From: an uncultured virus (IMG/VR IMGVR_UViG_3300046780_000922) | Lineage: Duplodnaviria > Heunggongvirae > Uroviricota > Caudoviricetes | IMG/VR virus record: IMGVR_UViG_3300046780_000922 | DNA length: 64,000 bases | Reading direction: 5' to 3' (one strand) | Shown here: piece after piece, positions 47,110-56,672 of the stretch | Layout: each line of letters begins with the position of its first letter | Position numbering within the stretch: position 1 is the first letter of the stretch | Program-made: the position numbers and the translations under genes | The notes under the pieces: model-generated | Told to the model about the DNA's origin: nothing | What the model saw: only the letters and a program-made list of their open reading frames with translations | Databases searched by the model: none

Positions 47110-47483
47110 CGTCGCTTCCTCCTACGGAGGAAAAGATAGCCCGTCGAGGCCGTGGAGAGGAGCGCGGTGGCGATGAACGCCGCACGCTCGGAGCTCGTGA
47201 GCTGGTAGCCGGCCACGGCCTGCCCGAACCCCCAGAGAGCGGTCGAGACGTTCGAGCCGATGAGCGCGCCCATGCCGTCGCCCGCCGCCAGGTAGCCCGT
47301 GAGCGCCCCGCCCACGTTGACCGCGAGCAGCGCCACCCCGTGGAGCGCCCACCGCCTGGCGGCCTCGCTGTAGACCGCAGGGGGCAGGGTGACGTCGCCG
47401 AGGCCTCGGCCGGCGAGCTGGCCCTGGAGCCGGCGGCCAGTCATCGCGTGGTACGGGAGGTAGATTTCCTCAATCCGTGCCAC
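47106..47483 (-). CDS. multi-TM membrane protein with RGLGD motif
   Basis: AAGGAG RBS, GTG start; TMs; RRRKRR tail. Confidence 0.6.
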   Translation of the reverse strand: MARIEEIYLPYHAMTGRRLQGQLAGRGLGDVTLPPAVYSEAARRWALHGVALLAVNVGGALTGYLAAGDGMGALIGSNVSTALWGFGQAVAGYQLTSSERAAFIATALLSTASTGYLFLRRRKRR

Positions 47484-47946
47484 GGCCGCTCTCCTTGCTG
47501 GAGCCCTGCGTGGCGAGCCAGAAGCAGCCGAAAAGGCCGACCAGCGAGACGACGAGGACGCTGCCGCCGAGCGTGCGGTGCTCTTGCCGGCGCATGAGGA
47601 GCGAGGCGTCGAGGAGGCCCGCCAGACCGCCCGTGAGGAGCGCTGCGGTGAAGGCACCGCGACCGGTACCGGCGGCCACATAGCCGACGATGGCGCCGCC
47701 GGCCGTGGCCCCGAAGATGTTCCCGAGCGTGCTCGGGAGCGGCGTCGGAGAGGCCTCGACAGGGAGCACGGGCAAGACGCCCATCGTGGCCATGGCGCTC
47801 GCGGCGGAGATCCTCCACCAGGGCGGGTCGAGCTGCTGCGGAGCCGACTGCGCCGCCATCGTGGTCTTGAGGACCGCGGCGTCAGCGTCCGAGACGACCT
47901 CCGATGCCTGCACGGAGCCATCAGCGGGCATCACGACGTTAGGCAT
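47470..47946 (-). CDS. multi-TM membrane protein
   Basis: Three Gly-rich hydrophobic helices. Confidence 0.6.
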   Translation of the reverse strand: MPNVVMPADGSVQASEVVSDADAAVLKTTMAAQSAPQQLDPPWWRISAASAMATMGVLPVLPVEASPTPLPSTLGNIFGATAGGAIVGYVAAGTGRGAFTAALLTGGLAGLLDASLLMRRQEHRTLGGSVLVVSLVGLFGCFWLATQGSSKESGRGTD

Positions 47947-48796
47947 CGTCGAGCTCCAGGTTGTAGTCGTCGCGCGCGTCGAGGAGCTGCGAACCGCTCA
48001 CCTCGCGGTAGCCTTCGAGACGCTTCTTCTCCGAGGCCTTGGCGAGGTAGATACCGACGCCGAGGACGACACCGAACGTGGCGAGGCCGCCGAGGAACCA
48101 CCAGATGGCGTTGCTGCTGCTCGGGTCGGGCCGCTGCGCGAGCGCGGACTGGGGTGTGGGGACGAGCTGCTCGACGTAGCCGTAACAGCTGGTGGTCTCG
48201 AGTTGCTGGCGCTGGCGATCCTGGATGCACGCCTGAAGAGCGGCCGTACGAGCGTCGTAGAGCGCGCGGAGCTGGCGGGTCTGCTCCTGGAGCACGTAGA
48301 GATCGACGAGGCCATCGAAGCTCTCGTACATCTTGGTCCCGAGGTAGACCATCAAACCGAGCGCGATCAAGATCGCGACGACGATGCCGGCGATACCCCA
48401 TGGCCCGATTGCGTTGGTGCTCGGATTGGTCGGAGGCGGCGTCTGATAGATCGGGTCCGAGAGCGCGGGCGCGAGCTGCGTCGTCGTCGGGAGCTGCGCC
48501 AAGACCTGCGGCTGATCGGCGAAGATGTTGCGGACGAACGCCAAGAGACGTGCCTGTGCCGCCTTCGTGTTCGCGCGTAGCTGGTCGAAAGCGGCCTGGT
48601 CCGCCGACGTGAGCAGCCCGGCCTGATTCAGGTCGAGCAGATCAGTACCGATGCCGCGAATGTCGATCTCGACCTGCGCCAGGGTGTGGAGCGCCTCCGA
48701 CGTGGAGCGAACCGCCGGCAGATCGCTGATCTGGGCCTGCACCAGCTGAGTGGCGTAAGCCTGAGCGCGGGCGATGAGATCGTCGATCGTGGCCAT
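47939..48796 (-). CDS. two-TM putative virion membrane protein
   Basis: Start MATIDDLI; internal and C-terminal TMs. Confidence 0.65.
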   Translation of the reverse strand: MATIDDLIARAQAYATQLVQAQISDLPAVRSTSEALHTLAQVEIDIRGIGTDLLDLNQAGLLTSADQAAFDQLRANTKAAQARLLAFVRNIFADQPQVLAQLPTTTQLAPALSDPIYQTPPPTNPSTNAIGPWGIAGIVVAILIALGLMVYLGTKMYESFDGLVDLYVLQEQTRQLRALYDARTAALQACIQDRQRQQLETTSCYGYVEQLVPTPQSALAQRPDPSSSNAIWWFLGGLATFGVVLGVGIYLAKASEKKRLEGYREVSGSQLLDARDDYNLELDDA

Positions 48797-48797
48797 G

Positions 48798-49166
48798 TTA
48801 CTGACTCGGCGTAGGTGCCCACTCCACGATGAGCACGAGGATTTCGTAGCCCTCCGCGGCACAGGCCACGATGCACTGGCCCGGCGCGATGTGGAACTTG
48901 TTCGAGATCGGGTAGAAGGGCGGGAGCTTGTAGTTCCGGTTGTGCCCGTAGTAGCGAGGAACGAGCGAGGACTGGTTGATGACGACCCGGGAAGCGCCGC
49001 GACCGATGGTGATGCCCGCGGTGAGATCGAACGTGTCGAGCGACGCCTGTACGCCCACGGGCGCCTGCACCTGGACCGAACGCCAGTGATCGGGAACTGC
49101 GTCGAGGACGACCCGGATATTCTGGTCGACCGTGGCACGAACCATCTTGGCGCCGTAGGGCTGCAT
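48798..49166 (-). CDS. small beta-rich protein (penton/jelly-roll-like candidate)
   Basis: FHIAPGQCIVA...ILVLIVEW strand pattern. Confidence 0.5.
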   Translation of the reverse strand: MQPYGAKMVRATVDQNIRVVLDAVPDHWRSVQVQAPVGVQASLDTFDLTAGITIGRGASRVVINQSSLVPRYYGHNRNYKLPPFYPISNKFHIAPGQCIVACAAEGYEILVLIVEWAPTPSQ

Positions 49167-49221
49167 CGGATTTCTCAGTCGAGCTCCCAGGTAACCGCCA
49201 TCACTATGTCCTGCGGCTGCA

Positions 49222-50214
49222 TCACCGCACCATGATCGTCCCGGCGAGCGCGAGAGCGAGGACCGGCGCGCCTTGGTTGGCCACGATGAGCTGCGTCTGA
49301 GCCGAGATGCCCTCGCCCGGCTCCATGTAGATGGGGCTGTCGAGCTCGTGGACGACGACGCGCCCGCTCATCGAGCCGAGCTGCTGCGCGAGCATCAGGT
49401 TACTCGGTACGCCCGAGGTCGCGTGCTTGAACCACTCGGAGGTGGTTCCGTTGCCGACCTGGTTGACCTGCACGCGGAGCAGGCTGATGTCGCCCTGCGG
49501 ATTGTTCGTGAGACTGTCCGCGCCGAGCGTGGCGGACATGTCGGTCATCACGATCGGCTCGTCACCGTCGTTACGGTAGAGGCTCGGGTCGAGCGTGTGG
49601 ATGATGGTGTCGTTCAGGTCGAGCGAGGCGCTCTTCCAGTAGGGCCGCAAGCTGTCGAGGCCGAAGCCGGCGAACGCGACCTCGGCCGTGCGCACGCCAT
49701 CACCCGAGACGGCCAAGAGCTGGACCTGGACGCGCATCGTGTCCCGCGCGGTGAGGAGCCAGGGATCGAAGAAGCGATGCGCGGCCTGGCCGAACGAGAT
49801 GGAGTTCGGAGCGGCCACGACCTTGTTGAGCCAGAGCGGAGCTGCGGCGAAGACACGGCCGGCCATGTACTCCTGACCGTGGAAGACGAGCTTGACGCCG
49901 ATCCGTTGGATCATGCGCTCGTCGGTGGCAACCGCGGCTGCGTTGAGCACGCGCGTGCTCAAGAGTACGTGTGTGACCTTGACCGGAAAGGCCTCGCCGT
50001 TCTTGAAGGCGTCCGGGTTCGAGAAGCCCACCGTCTGGTCGTCCGGGACGGTGATCTCGTCGAAGTACCAGCGAGGCTCGGTGAAGACGCCGTTACAGAG
50101 GTTCTCCTTGGCCGTGATGACGAGCCGGCTCAGATCGCTCTGCGCCTTCGCATCATCGATCGCGTCCTGAATGACCGGAGAGATCCTATCGGCCGGGTTT
50201 TGCTCATTGGCCAT
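49222..50214 (-). CDS. putative double jelly-roll-like capsid protein
   Basis: Internal two-fold repeat: FKNGEAFPVKVTHV / YRNDGDEPIVMTDM and LTARDTMRVQV...VAFAGF / MEPGEGISAQT...LALAGT. Confidence 0.5.
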   Translation of the reverse strand: MANEQNPADRISPVIQDAIDDAKAQSDLSRLVITAKENLCNGVFTEPRWYFDEITVPDDQTVGFSNPDAFKNGEAFPVKVTHVLLSTRVLNAAAVATDERMIQRIGVKLVFHGQEYMAGRVFAAAPLWLNKVVAAPNSISFGQAAHRFFDPWLLTARDTMRVQVQLLAVSGDGVRTAEVAFAGFGLDSLRPYWKSASLDLNDTIIHTLDPSLYRNDGDEPIVMTDMSATLGADSLTNNPQGDISLLRVQVNQVGNGTTSEWFKHATSGVPSNLMLAQQLGSMSGRVVVHELDSPIYMEPGEGISAQTQLIVANQGAPVLALALAGTIMVR

Positions 50215-50218
50215 GGTG

Positions 50219-51322
50219 TCAGCCCTCGATGATCGCGTAGCCCGTGAAGGAAACCCCGAGCTGGTAGGTGGGGAAGATGGAAGCCGTGCCGGAGAGAATG
50301 CCACCGGGCACGACGGCCAGCACGTCGAGCGTATCACCGGGGTGGAGAACGATGGGCTCGCGGAGCTTGTAGACCTGAGCGGGCGTCAGCGTCGGACAGA
50401 CGAGCGCGAGCGGCGCGCCCGGGCGCCACCAGTCGGTATCGGTCACGCCCGCGGCCGTCTTGCAGGCGACCGGCGTACGCAGGCTCTCGGCTGCGATGGG
50501 CGCGCCGGGCACGTTGACGATACCGCTCGCCTGAACCGTGTCCTCATAGCCGATCGCGTCGATGTGCACGGCGAACCCGGTGAGCTGCTCGCGACCGGAC
50601 TGGCTCGACTGCTGCTTGCGAAACGACGAGCCATCGACCGTGAAGGGCGAACGAGTCGCGCCCTGCGCGTTCGGGTCCGACCCGAGGCCGTCAGCCGGAA
50701 AGGGGAAGTTATTGGGAACACCGCCCTGGCGATCGACGAACGCCGAGGGTTGAAAAACGCGGGCGTTGCCACCGAACCGACCACCGCGCTCGAAGAAGGC
50801 CATGCGCACGTGCGGGCGATGGGGATTGTCGAGGATCGTCCCGTTCGGCTGGACGAGGAAGCCGCCGAACGAGAACTCGAGCCCGTAACCGCGAGGCTGA
50901 TCGAGGGGCTTCGAGAAGTCCCAGCGGCAGACGTTGAAGAGGCCCGATGCGTAGGCCTTGCTCGCGCTGTCACGCATCGAGACGTCGGCCGTCCCTTGCG
51001 GGGGAAACGCGCCGGTCAGGAGCGGCTGGAGCGTGTAGTGCTGACGGCCGGGCGCGGTGATGAAGAGCTTGTCGACCTGAATGGACGCCGCGCAGTCGTG
51101 ACGGTCCGAGGCCACGATGGGCGGCGTGTGCGCGCCACGGTACTCCTCGAGCAGGTAGCCCACCGGAGCGATGAGCATCTGCTCGAGCACGATCGGCCAG
51201 CGCCCACCGTTACGCCAGTTCTGACGGGGAAAGTCGATCTCCACGGGACGGCCGATCGCGGTAGGCGTAGCTTGGCCCACCGACCAGATCGCGCGCGGTT
51301 CGTAGATGAGATCGCCTGCCAT
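50219..51322 (-). CDS. putative double jelly-roll-like protein, distant paralog of 49222-50214
   Basis: WRNGGRWPIVLEQM; PIVLHPGDTLDV...VSFTGY. Confidence 0.45.
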   Translation of the reverse strand: MAGDLIYEPRAIWSVGQATPTAIGRPVEIDFPRQNWRNGGRWPIVLEQMLIAPVGYLLEEYRGAHTPPIVASDRHDCAASIQVDKLFITAPGRQHYTLQPLLTGAFPPQGTADVSMRDSASKAYASGLFNVCRWDFSKPLDQPRGYGLEFSFGGFLVQPNGTILDNPHRPHVRMAFFERGGRFGGNARVFQPSAFVDRQGGVPNNFPFPADGLGSDPNAQGATRSPFTVDGSSFRKQQSSQSGREQLTGFAVHIDAIGYEDTVQASGIVNVPGAPIAAESLRTPVACKTAAGVTDTDWWRPGAPLALVCPTLTPAQVYKLREPIVLHPGDTLDVLAVVPGGILSGTASIFPTYQLGVSFTGYAIIEG

Positions 51323-51337
51323 GGATCCTCAGAAACG

Positions 51338-51375
51338 CTACGCCCCTCAAGACACGGTGGCCTTGAGGGGCGTAG
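51338..51375 (-). terminator. stem-loop after the three paralogous capsid-like genes
   Basis: CTACGCCCCTCAAG / CTTGAGGGGCGTAG 14-bp inverted repeat; short T run on the - strand. Confidence 0.65.
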
Positions 51376-51405
51376 GCAAGGCCTTGGGACCGAGACCGAA
51401 GACGA

Positions 51406-52083
51406 TCAGCCGAGCGGCCGACGCTTGGTGCCGTCCAGGTACCAGCGGATGCGGGTGTCCTGGGTGAGGCCGGCGACCGTGCCGAACGCACTCTCGCACA
51501 CGACATACATGGGCATGTCGGGCGAGATCGTGATCGGCAACTTGTACCGGCGCTGCGCGCTCCAGCGCACGTCACCGCCGGTGCCCTGCGAGTAGGCGAC
51601 GTTCACCGACGGCTGATCACCGCAGGTGTACACCACCGGGCCGATACCCTGGTGGTAGTACGAGAACGGCGCACGGGCCTGGGGCTTGTCGATGTCGGCG
51701 CCGACCACGAGCGAGACCACGAGATCGCGCTGGAGCCGGCGCAAGTTGAGGCCCGAATAGTCGGGCGCCTGGGCCACGACCGTCGTGAGCGAGGTGGCGA
51801 TGGTCGCGTTCGAGAGGCCGAAAATCTCGTACGTCTGCGAGAAGACGCGGAAACCTTCGTCCCAGTTCATGCGGCCCTTGGCCACCATGTTGGTGTCCGC
51901 GGGAGTCGCGGTCCGCTTGGCCAGACCCGTCGAGGGGACTTGCTGCCCCAAGATGTACGTGAACATGCGGAGGCGCACGCCCGACGCTGCGGCCCACTCG
52001 GCCGTGGAGAACACGGGGTAGTGAAGCCACTCGTCGATGACGACGGTAGTGCCGTCGGGAAGCTGGATCTGCTCGATGGCCAT
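51406..52083 (-). CDS. putative major capsid protein, paralog 3 (single jelly-roll-like)
   Basis: IQLPDG...EW...PVFS; ADTN; LDGTKRRPLG. Confidence 0.6.
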   Translation of the reverse strand: MAIEQIQLPDGTTVVIDEWLHYPVFSTAEWAAASGVRLRMFTYILGQQVPSTGLAKRTATPADTNMVAKGRMNWDEGFRVFSQTYEIFGLSNATIATSLTTVVAQAPDYSGLNLRRLQRDLVVSLVVGADIDKPQARAPFSYYHQGIGPVVYTCGDQPSVNVAYSQGTGGDVRWSAQRRYKLPITISPDMPMYVVCESAFGTVAGLTQDTRIRWYLDGTKRRPLG

Positions 52084-52095
52084 CTGCCGTTCTCC

Positions 52096-52812
52096 TCAGG
52101 CCACCGGGCGACGCCGGTACCCGTCCAGGAAGGACCGAAGGCGCAGCGTGCCCACCGTGCCGTTCGAGTTGTTCACGTTCAGGCCGGTGATCGCGCCCGG
52201 ACCGGGCTCGAAGTCGAGCGTGAACGTTTCGCCGCCCTTCACGCGATTGGCGCTCGCCAAGAGGCGAATGTCGTCCGCGTTGTGGGAGCCGTTGTTGGCC
52301 GAAACGAAGCCCTGACTGGCGGTCGAGAGCTCCGTGCGCGCGCCCGAGGTGTAGTTCTTGACGCCGGTCGACGCGGGGAAGTACCCGAGGGGCGCCTCGA
52401 TGTACACCTTGTTGACCGAGGAGATGCGCAAGTACGCGACCAGGTCACGCTGCGCACGGAGCAAGTTGAGCTTGCTCACCTCGGGGGGATCGGACTGAGG
52501 GATGAGATCGAGCGCCGAGTTGCCCGGGCCGCCGATCGCAAAGACCTCGGTCGCGATGTTGAAGATGAGCAGCTCCTCGTCCTCGGGGAGCCGGCCGCCT
52601 TCACCACGAAGGTTCGTGTCGGCGATGGTCGGCTTGCGGTTGTTGATCGAGCCGGGGACCAGCGAACCGCTGAGGCCGTAGGAGAAGGACGAGGCAACCA
52701 CGAAGTTGCCTTGTCCGACCTCCACCGTCGACCAGAGCGGCTCTGCGTCGGTCCAGTCGCCGGGCGTGACGACGTCGCCGTTCGGCAAGCGGATCTTTTC
52801 GAGACGTGCCAT
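52096..52812 (-). CDS. putative major capsid protein, paralog 2
   Basis: IRLPNG...DW...PLWS; ADTN; LDGYRRRPVA; GAGGA RBS. Confidence 0.6.
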   Translation of the reverse strand: MARLEKIRLPNGDVVTPGDWTDAEPLWSTVEVGQGNFVVASSFSYGLSGSLVPGSINNRKPTIADTNLRGEGGRLPEDEELLIFNIATEVFAIGGPGNSALDLIPQSDPPEVSKLNLLRAQRDLVAYLRISSVNKVYIEAPLGYFPASTGVKNYTSGARTELSTASQGFVSANNGSHNADDIRLLASANRVKGGETFTLDFEPGPGAITGLNVNNSNGTVGTLRLRSFLDGYRRRPVA

Positions 52813-52832
52813 CGGATTGGATTCCTCTCCGC

Positions 52833-53552
52833 TCAGGCCGTCGGCCGCTTGCGCATGCCGTCGAGGTAGGTGCGGGCGTAGACGGTCAAGCCGGTGATGA
52901 TGGCCTGCCCCTCGTCGGTGAAGTTGATCGTGTTGCCCGGCCAGTTGAGCCACTGGACCGTGTACTTCTCCGTGCCGCCGATGTGCTGGGGCACGGCGAA
53001 GCTGCGCACGGCATCCTGCGCCGGCCAACCAGCATTGGCGTAGGTGCGCGCCGTGCCGGCCGCTGCCTGCGAGAGAAGCTGGCCCATGCCGAAGACGCCG
53101 AAGCCCGTGTTGAAGTAGGCCGAGCCGGCATCGGCGTAGACCTTCTCCGAGACGCGCAAGCGCAGCATCAGCGCGAGGTTGATCTTGCCGAGCGTGGTCG
53201 GGCGCATGACCGGCTGACCGGGCAGGCGCGGGGCCGCCGTGGTCAGATCGGTCACAGTGCCCGTCGTCTGGAGCTCGAAGTACTCGGGCTTGATCGCGTA
53301 GATCAAGAGCTCTTCGGTCGAGACGTTGCCGCCGGCAGCCGCGATGTTCGTGTCCGCCTCGGTCGAGGTGATCTTGACGGTCGCGTTGGACGTGGCGGGA
53401 ACGGGCTCGCCCACGTTGTAACCGAACGCCTCGAGCACCGGATCGGTGAATCCCGTCAGGAACATGACCGCGCTGAAGACGGGCTTATCGACCCAGTCTC
53501 CGAGCGTGAGCTCCGTTCCATCGGGGAGCCGAATGTTGACGATCGTGTCCAT
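52833..53552 (-). CDS. putative major capsid protein, paralog 1
   Basis: IRLPDG...DW...PVFS; ADTN; LDGMRKRPTA. Confidence 0.6.
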   Translation of the reverse strand: MDTIVNIRLPDGTELTLGDWVDKPVFSAVMFLTGFTDPVLEAFGYNVGEPVPATSNATVKITSTEADTNIAAAGGNVSTEELLIYAIKPEYFELQTTGTVTDLTTAAPRLPGQPVMRPTTLGKINLALMLRLRVSEKVYADAGSAYFNTGFGVFGMGQLLSQAAAGTARTYANAGWPAQDAVRSFAVPQHIGGTEKYTVQWLNWPGNTINFTDEGQAIITGLTVYARTYLDGMRKRPTA

Positions 53553-53611
53553 GCTCTTGATCTCCGAACGGAGGGCTTGTGCCCGCCATCGTTATAGGAG
53601 GGCCGTCCGGC

Positions 53612-54202
53612 TCAGTTCCCCGGCGTCCCGAAGGCCGACGGGTTGATCGAGCCCACGTTCACGCTCTCGCCGTAGGCGCCGGAGATCCCGTAGCGACGGT
53701 AGGGGTTGCGATTGGCCGCGGGCTCCATGACGATGCCGCGCGCGCCGGGACCCATGAGGTTCTGCGGAATCACGACACCCATGCGACCCGAGACGCCGTT
53801 CGGCACCGGCGCAGGCACGGGCACACTCGACGTGGCGATCATCGCAGCGGCGCGTGAGCTCATCACTGCATCGTGGGCAAGAAGAATGCCCGCGGTGAGC
53901 GATCCGGCCGAGGCTTGCATGAATGCAGCGGGGGCACCGGCCAAGAAGTAGATCAGCGCCGATCCGACGCCGTTCACGGCGAGCCCGACCAGCGGCGCCC
54001 ACTTGAACATCGCGGCCTGCGTGGCGCCCTGGCTGGGATCGACCCAGTAGCGCAACCCGAGCGCGGTCAAGCCAGCGAGGATGACGCCGAGAGCGGGAGG
54101 AGCAATGGAGCCCAGCGCCGAAGCCGGCTGGTTGAGCGCCCCGATGCCCTTCATGCGGCGAATGGTGATCAACGAACCGGTTCCGTGGTGCTTGCGTGCC
54201 AT
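53612..54202 (-). CDS. multi-TM virion membrane protein with MKGIG motif
   Basis: Basic N-terminus, three TMs, GGGAG RBS. Confidence 0.65.
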   Translation of the reverse strand: MARKHHGTGSLITIRRMKGIGALNQPASALGSIAPPALGVILAGLTALGLRYWVDPSQGATQAAMFKWAPLVGLAVNGVGSALIYFLAGAPAAFMQASAGSLTAGILLAHDAVMSSRAAAMIATSSVPVPAPVPNGVSGRMGVVIPQNLMGPGARGIVMEPAANRNPYRRYGISGAYGESVNVGSINPSAFGTPGN

Positions 54203-54237
54203 GTCACTGTCTCCCTACCAGGGTCCAACCCTGGCGT

Positions 54238-54522
54238 TCAGCCTTTTCTGTCCTGGACGTGGAACTTGGTGCTGGCTCGGCCCTTCTTGGTGAACGCCTG
54301 CGCAACACGGTCTGCGGTTCCCTTGTCCTCGTAGCAGTGCACCACCTTGCCCTTGTGGGAGACAACGCAGTGCGAACCTTTGCCCTTACTTCTCGGCTTG
54401 CGCGGCTTCTTCGCCGGAGCCGCGTGCGTCTCGATGACGAGCGGCGCTGATCGGGAGAGTGGGACCTTGATGTCTGTCTCTCCCGACTCGCAATGGCAGT
54501 CGCCGAGACCGCCGAGCTTCAC
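54238..54522 (-). CDS. small basic Cys-containing protein with LGGLGD motif
   Basis: GTG start coupled to the upstream stop; KKPRKPRSKGK; C...CY. Confidence 0.55.
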   Translation of the reverse strand: MKLGGLGDCHCESGETDIKVPLSRSAPLVIETHAAPAKKPRKPRSKGKGSHCVVSHKGKVVHCYEDKGTADRVAQAFTKKGRASTKFHVQDRKG

Positions 54523-55058
54523 CTGTGGCGCCCCTTCCGGCGCTTCGTCCACCAACGCACACCGAGGAGCAAACCGATTGCTCCGAACACACTGACGCCG
54601 GTCCAGATCGCGACCGTCATCACCTTCGAGCCCGTGGCCGCAGCCGTCGCCGACGCGACCTCGTTGCGGAGATTGCCCGCCAGATCCGAGAGACGCGTGA
54701 GCTCGTCTTGCCACGCCTGAAGCGTCGAGTCATCGAGCGTCGAAACCCGGTCCGAGAGGCGCTGCGAACCGGACGAGACCTCGTCCATACGGCTGATCCA
54801 GTCAGCCTGCTGCTGAGGATCGACGATGTTGCTTTGCGCAGCCTGATTCAGGAGCGCGGTGATCTCATCGAGCACGGCGAAGAGATCGTTGACGCGGCCG
54901 AGCAGCTGCTCTTGGTAGGTGTTCGTGATCGTCGTACCAAGACCGCGAATCCTACGCGCGCCCATCGGCACCATCGCCGCCGACTTCATCGCGGGCGCAG
55001 AGTAGTTCACGTGCGAACGGACCGCGCCGAATGCCGGCTTCTTCGTGTAGAGGCTCAT
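54519..55058 (-). CDS. C-terminally anchored coiled-coil protein with IRGLG motif
   Basis: Start MSLYTKK; C-terminal TM + KRRKGRHR. Confidence 0.65.
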   Translation of the reverse strand: MSLYTKKPAFGAVRSHVNYSAPAMKSAAMVPMGARRIRGLGTTITNTYQEQLLGRVNDLFAVLDEITALLNQAAQSNIVDPQQQADWISRMDEVSSGSQRLSDRVSTLDDSTLQAWQDELTRLSDLAGNLRNEVASATAAATGSKVMTVAIWTGVSVFGAIGLLLGVRWWTKRRKGRHR

Positions 55059-55774
55059 GCCGTTCGCCTCCGCGATCGCTTGACCTTGTGCCAGGGAAAG
55101 AAGAGCAAGCCCACGCCGAGTGTCACCACAGCCACCGTGCCGATGGCCCAAGGCCAGAGCGCGTTGGTAGCCGACTGCACGTTCTGACCAGGGATGAAGA
55201 AGGCGTCTGCGGGCGCAGACGGGACCGCTGGAGCTTCCGTGGCGATCTGTTGCTCTGGCGTAGCAACAGCCTGGTGCGCGCTCGTCGTGTCCACGCCATC
55301 GACGAAGTTCTGTGCCCAGCTCTGGAGATGCGGTGCTGCATCCTGCGCCGCGACCGAGTTAGCGATGTTCCACGCCGCCCAGATCGGATCGTCCATCGTC
55401 TTGAGCGGGATGAACGACACTGCGGCCCAGCTCGCAGCAGCCGAAGCGCCCGCATTCGTAGGACAGTGCGCCTCGTCCACGCACCCGAGCGGCATGCTCC
55501 TGAGCTGATCGGCCGTGAAGACGTTGCCGTAAAAGAGCGCGCGCTGGAGTGCTGCACGCGCCAGCTCGTCGTACATGCCCGTGGCCTGCATGTTGGCGAA
55601 GAGCGCTCGAGTCTGCGCCGAGAGACCCTGGCCGAAGACATCGAGATGCGCCTGAAGGAACTGCTGAAGCGTGATGAGGATCTGCGGCGCACGAATCCAG
55701 TCACCTCGCCAGAGCGCAACGAAGTACGCCCAAGCGAGCATGGTGCCAGCAGCAGCAACGCGCGTCGGATTCAT
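55055..55774 (-). CDS. C-terminally anchored protein
   Basis: C-terminal TM + KVKRSRRR. Confidence 0.65.
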   Translation of the reverse strand: MNPTRVAAAGTMLAWAYFVALWRGDWIRAPQILITLQQFLQAHLDVFGQGLSAQTRALFANMQATGMYDELARAALQRALFYGNVFTADQLRSMPLGCVDEAHCPTNAGASAAASWAAVSFIPLKTMDDPIWAAWNIANSVAAQDAAPHLQSWAQNFVDGVDTTSAHQAVATPEQQIATEAPAVPSAPADAFFIPGQNVQSATNALWPWAIGTVAVVTLGVGLLFFPWHKVKRSRRRTA

Positions 55775-55792
55775 CAGTCACACTTCAGCAGC

Positions 55793-55990
55793 TCAGGTGC
55801 CTTCCCAGTGGTGCCCGCGCGAGTCGTAGTACGCCCGCGTCGCGTAGTGCCGATGCGTGCGCTTCTTCGTGGCCTTCTTGGCCCCGCGCTTCTTCGGACA
55901 GCAGAGCAATCTGCCACCCTTGACGCGCTTGCAGACCTGGCCCTTCTTCTTCGCGCGCGAGAACTTGCAGACCGGCTTTCGCTTGGCCAT
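55793..55990 (-). CDS. small basic Cys-rich protein
   Basis: CKFSRAKKKGQVCKRVKGGRLLCCPK; GAGGAG RBS. Confidence 0.65.
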   Translation of the reverse strand: MAKRKPVCKFSRAKKKGQVCKRVKGGRLLCCPKKRGAKKATKKRTHRHYATRAYYDSRGHHWEGT

Positions 55991-56001
55991 CGACGTACTC
56001 C

Positions 56002-56127
56002 TCAGCGGCGGTGCTTGCGCCGACGATGACGCGCACGGCCCTTCGGACAGCACAGAAGCGCGCCACCCTTGACCCGCTTGCAGTGCTGGCCCTTCTTGGT
56101 GCTCCGAGAAAACTTGCAGCGTGCCAT
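56002..56127 (-). CDS. small basic Cys-rich protein, paralog of 55793-55990
   Basis: CKFSRSTKKGQHCKRVKGGALLCCPK. Confidence 0.65.
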   Translation of the reverse strand: MARCKFSRSTKKGQHCKRVKGGALLCCPKGRARHRRRKHRR

Positions 56128-56129
56128 GT

Positions 56130-56672
56130 TCAGGTTCCCTTGCGCTTGCGGGTCAAAAAGAAGATCGCTGCCAGCAAGCCGGTGACAGCAACCACTGGTG
56201 GCCCCCAGGACCACGCGAACTGCGCGAACGACGACGACTTAGCCGCCGCGTACGGATTGGGCGGGATCACGAGCTTACCCGAACCATCGGAGGCGAAAGT
56301 CTGTGCGATCGTGCTGGGCCCGGGCGCCAGCATGATCGGCGGGTCGGACGGGGCGTCCATCGTGCCCGGGTTGACGTCCGGGGTGTTGAGCGCCGAAGCC
56401 GCGTTGATGAGCGAGCTCATGCTCGGATGTGCAATCGAACTGCCCGAGTAGTCCGCCGTGGTCGTGGCGGGCTGCTGCGCCTGAAGTTGCGTCTGGTAGC
56501 GCTGGAGCGCCGAGAGCAACTGCACCGGGCTGTAGGTCGCCGTGGCCCGCTGCACCATCGTCAACGATTGCGTCATCGGCAAGCGCAGCATGGTCCCGGC
56601 CGCGACCGGGCTGGGGATGTCGGCCGAGCCCGCGCCGAGTCCGCGAATGTTGTAGCGTCGCGCGACGATCAT
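56130..56672 (-). CDS. C-terminally anchored protein with IRGLG motif
   Basis: Start MIVARRYNIRGLG; C-terminal TM + RKRK. Confidence 0.65.
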   Translation of the reverse strand: MIVARRYNIRGLGAGSADIPSPVAAGTMLRLPMTQSLTMVQRATATYSPVQLLSALQRYQTQLQAQQPATTTADYSGSSIAHPSMSSLINAASALNTPDVNPGTMDAPSDPPIMLAPGPSTIAQTFASDGSGKLVIPPNPYAAAKSSSFAQFAWSWGPPVVAVTGLLAAIFFLTRKRKGT

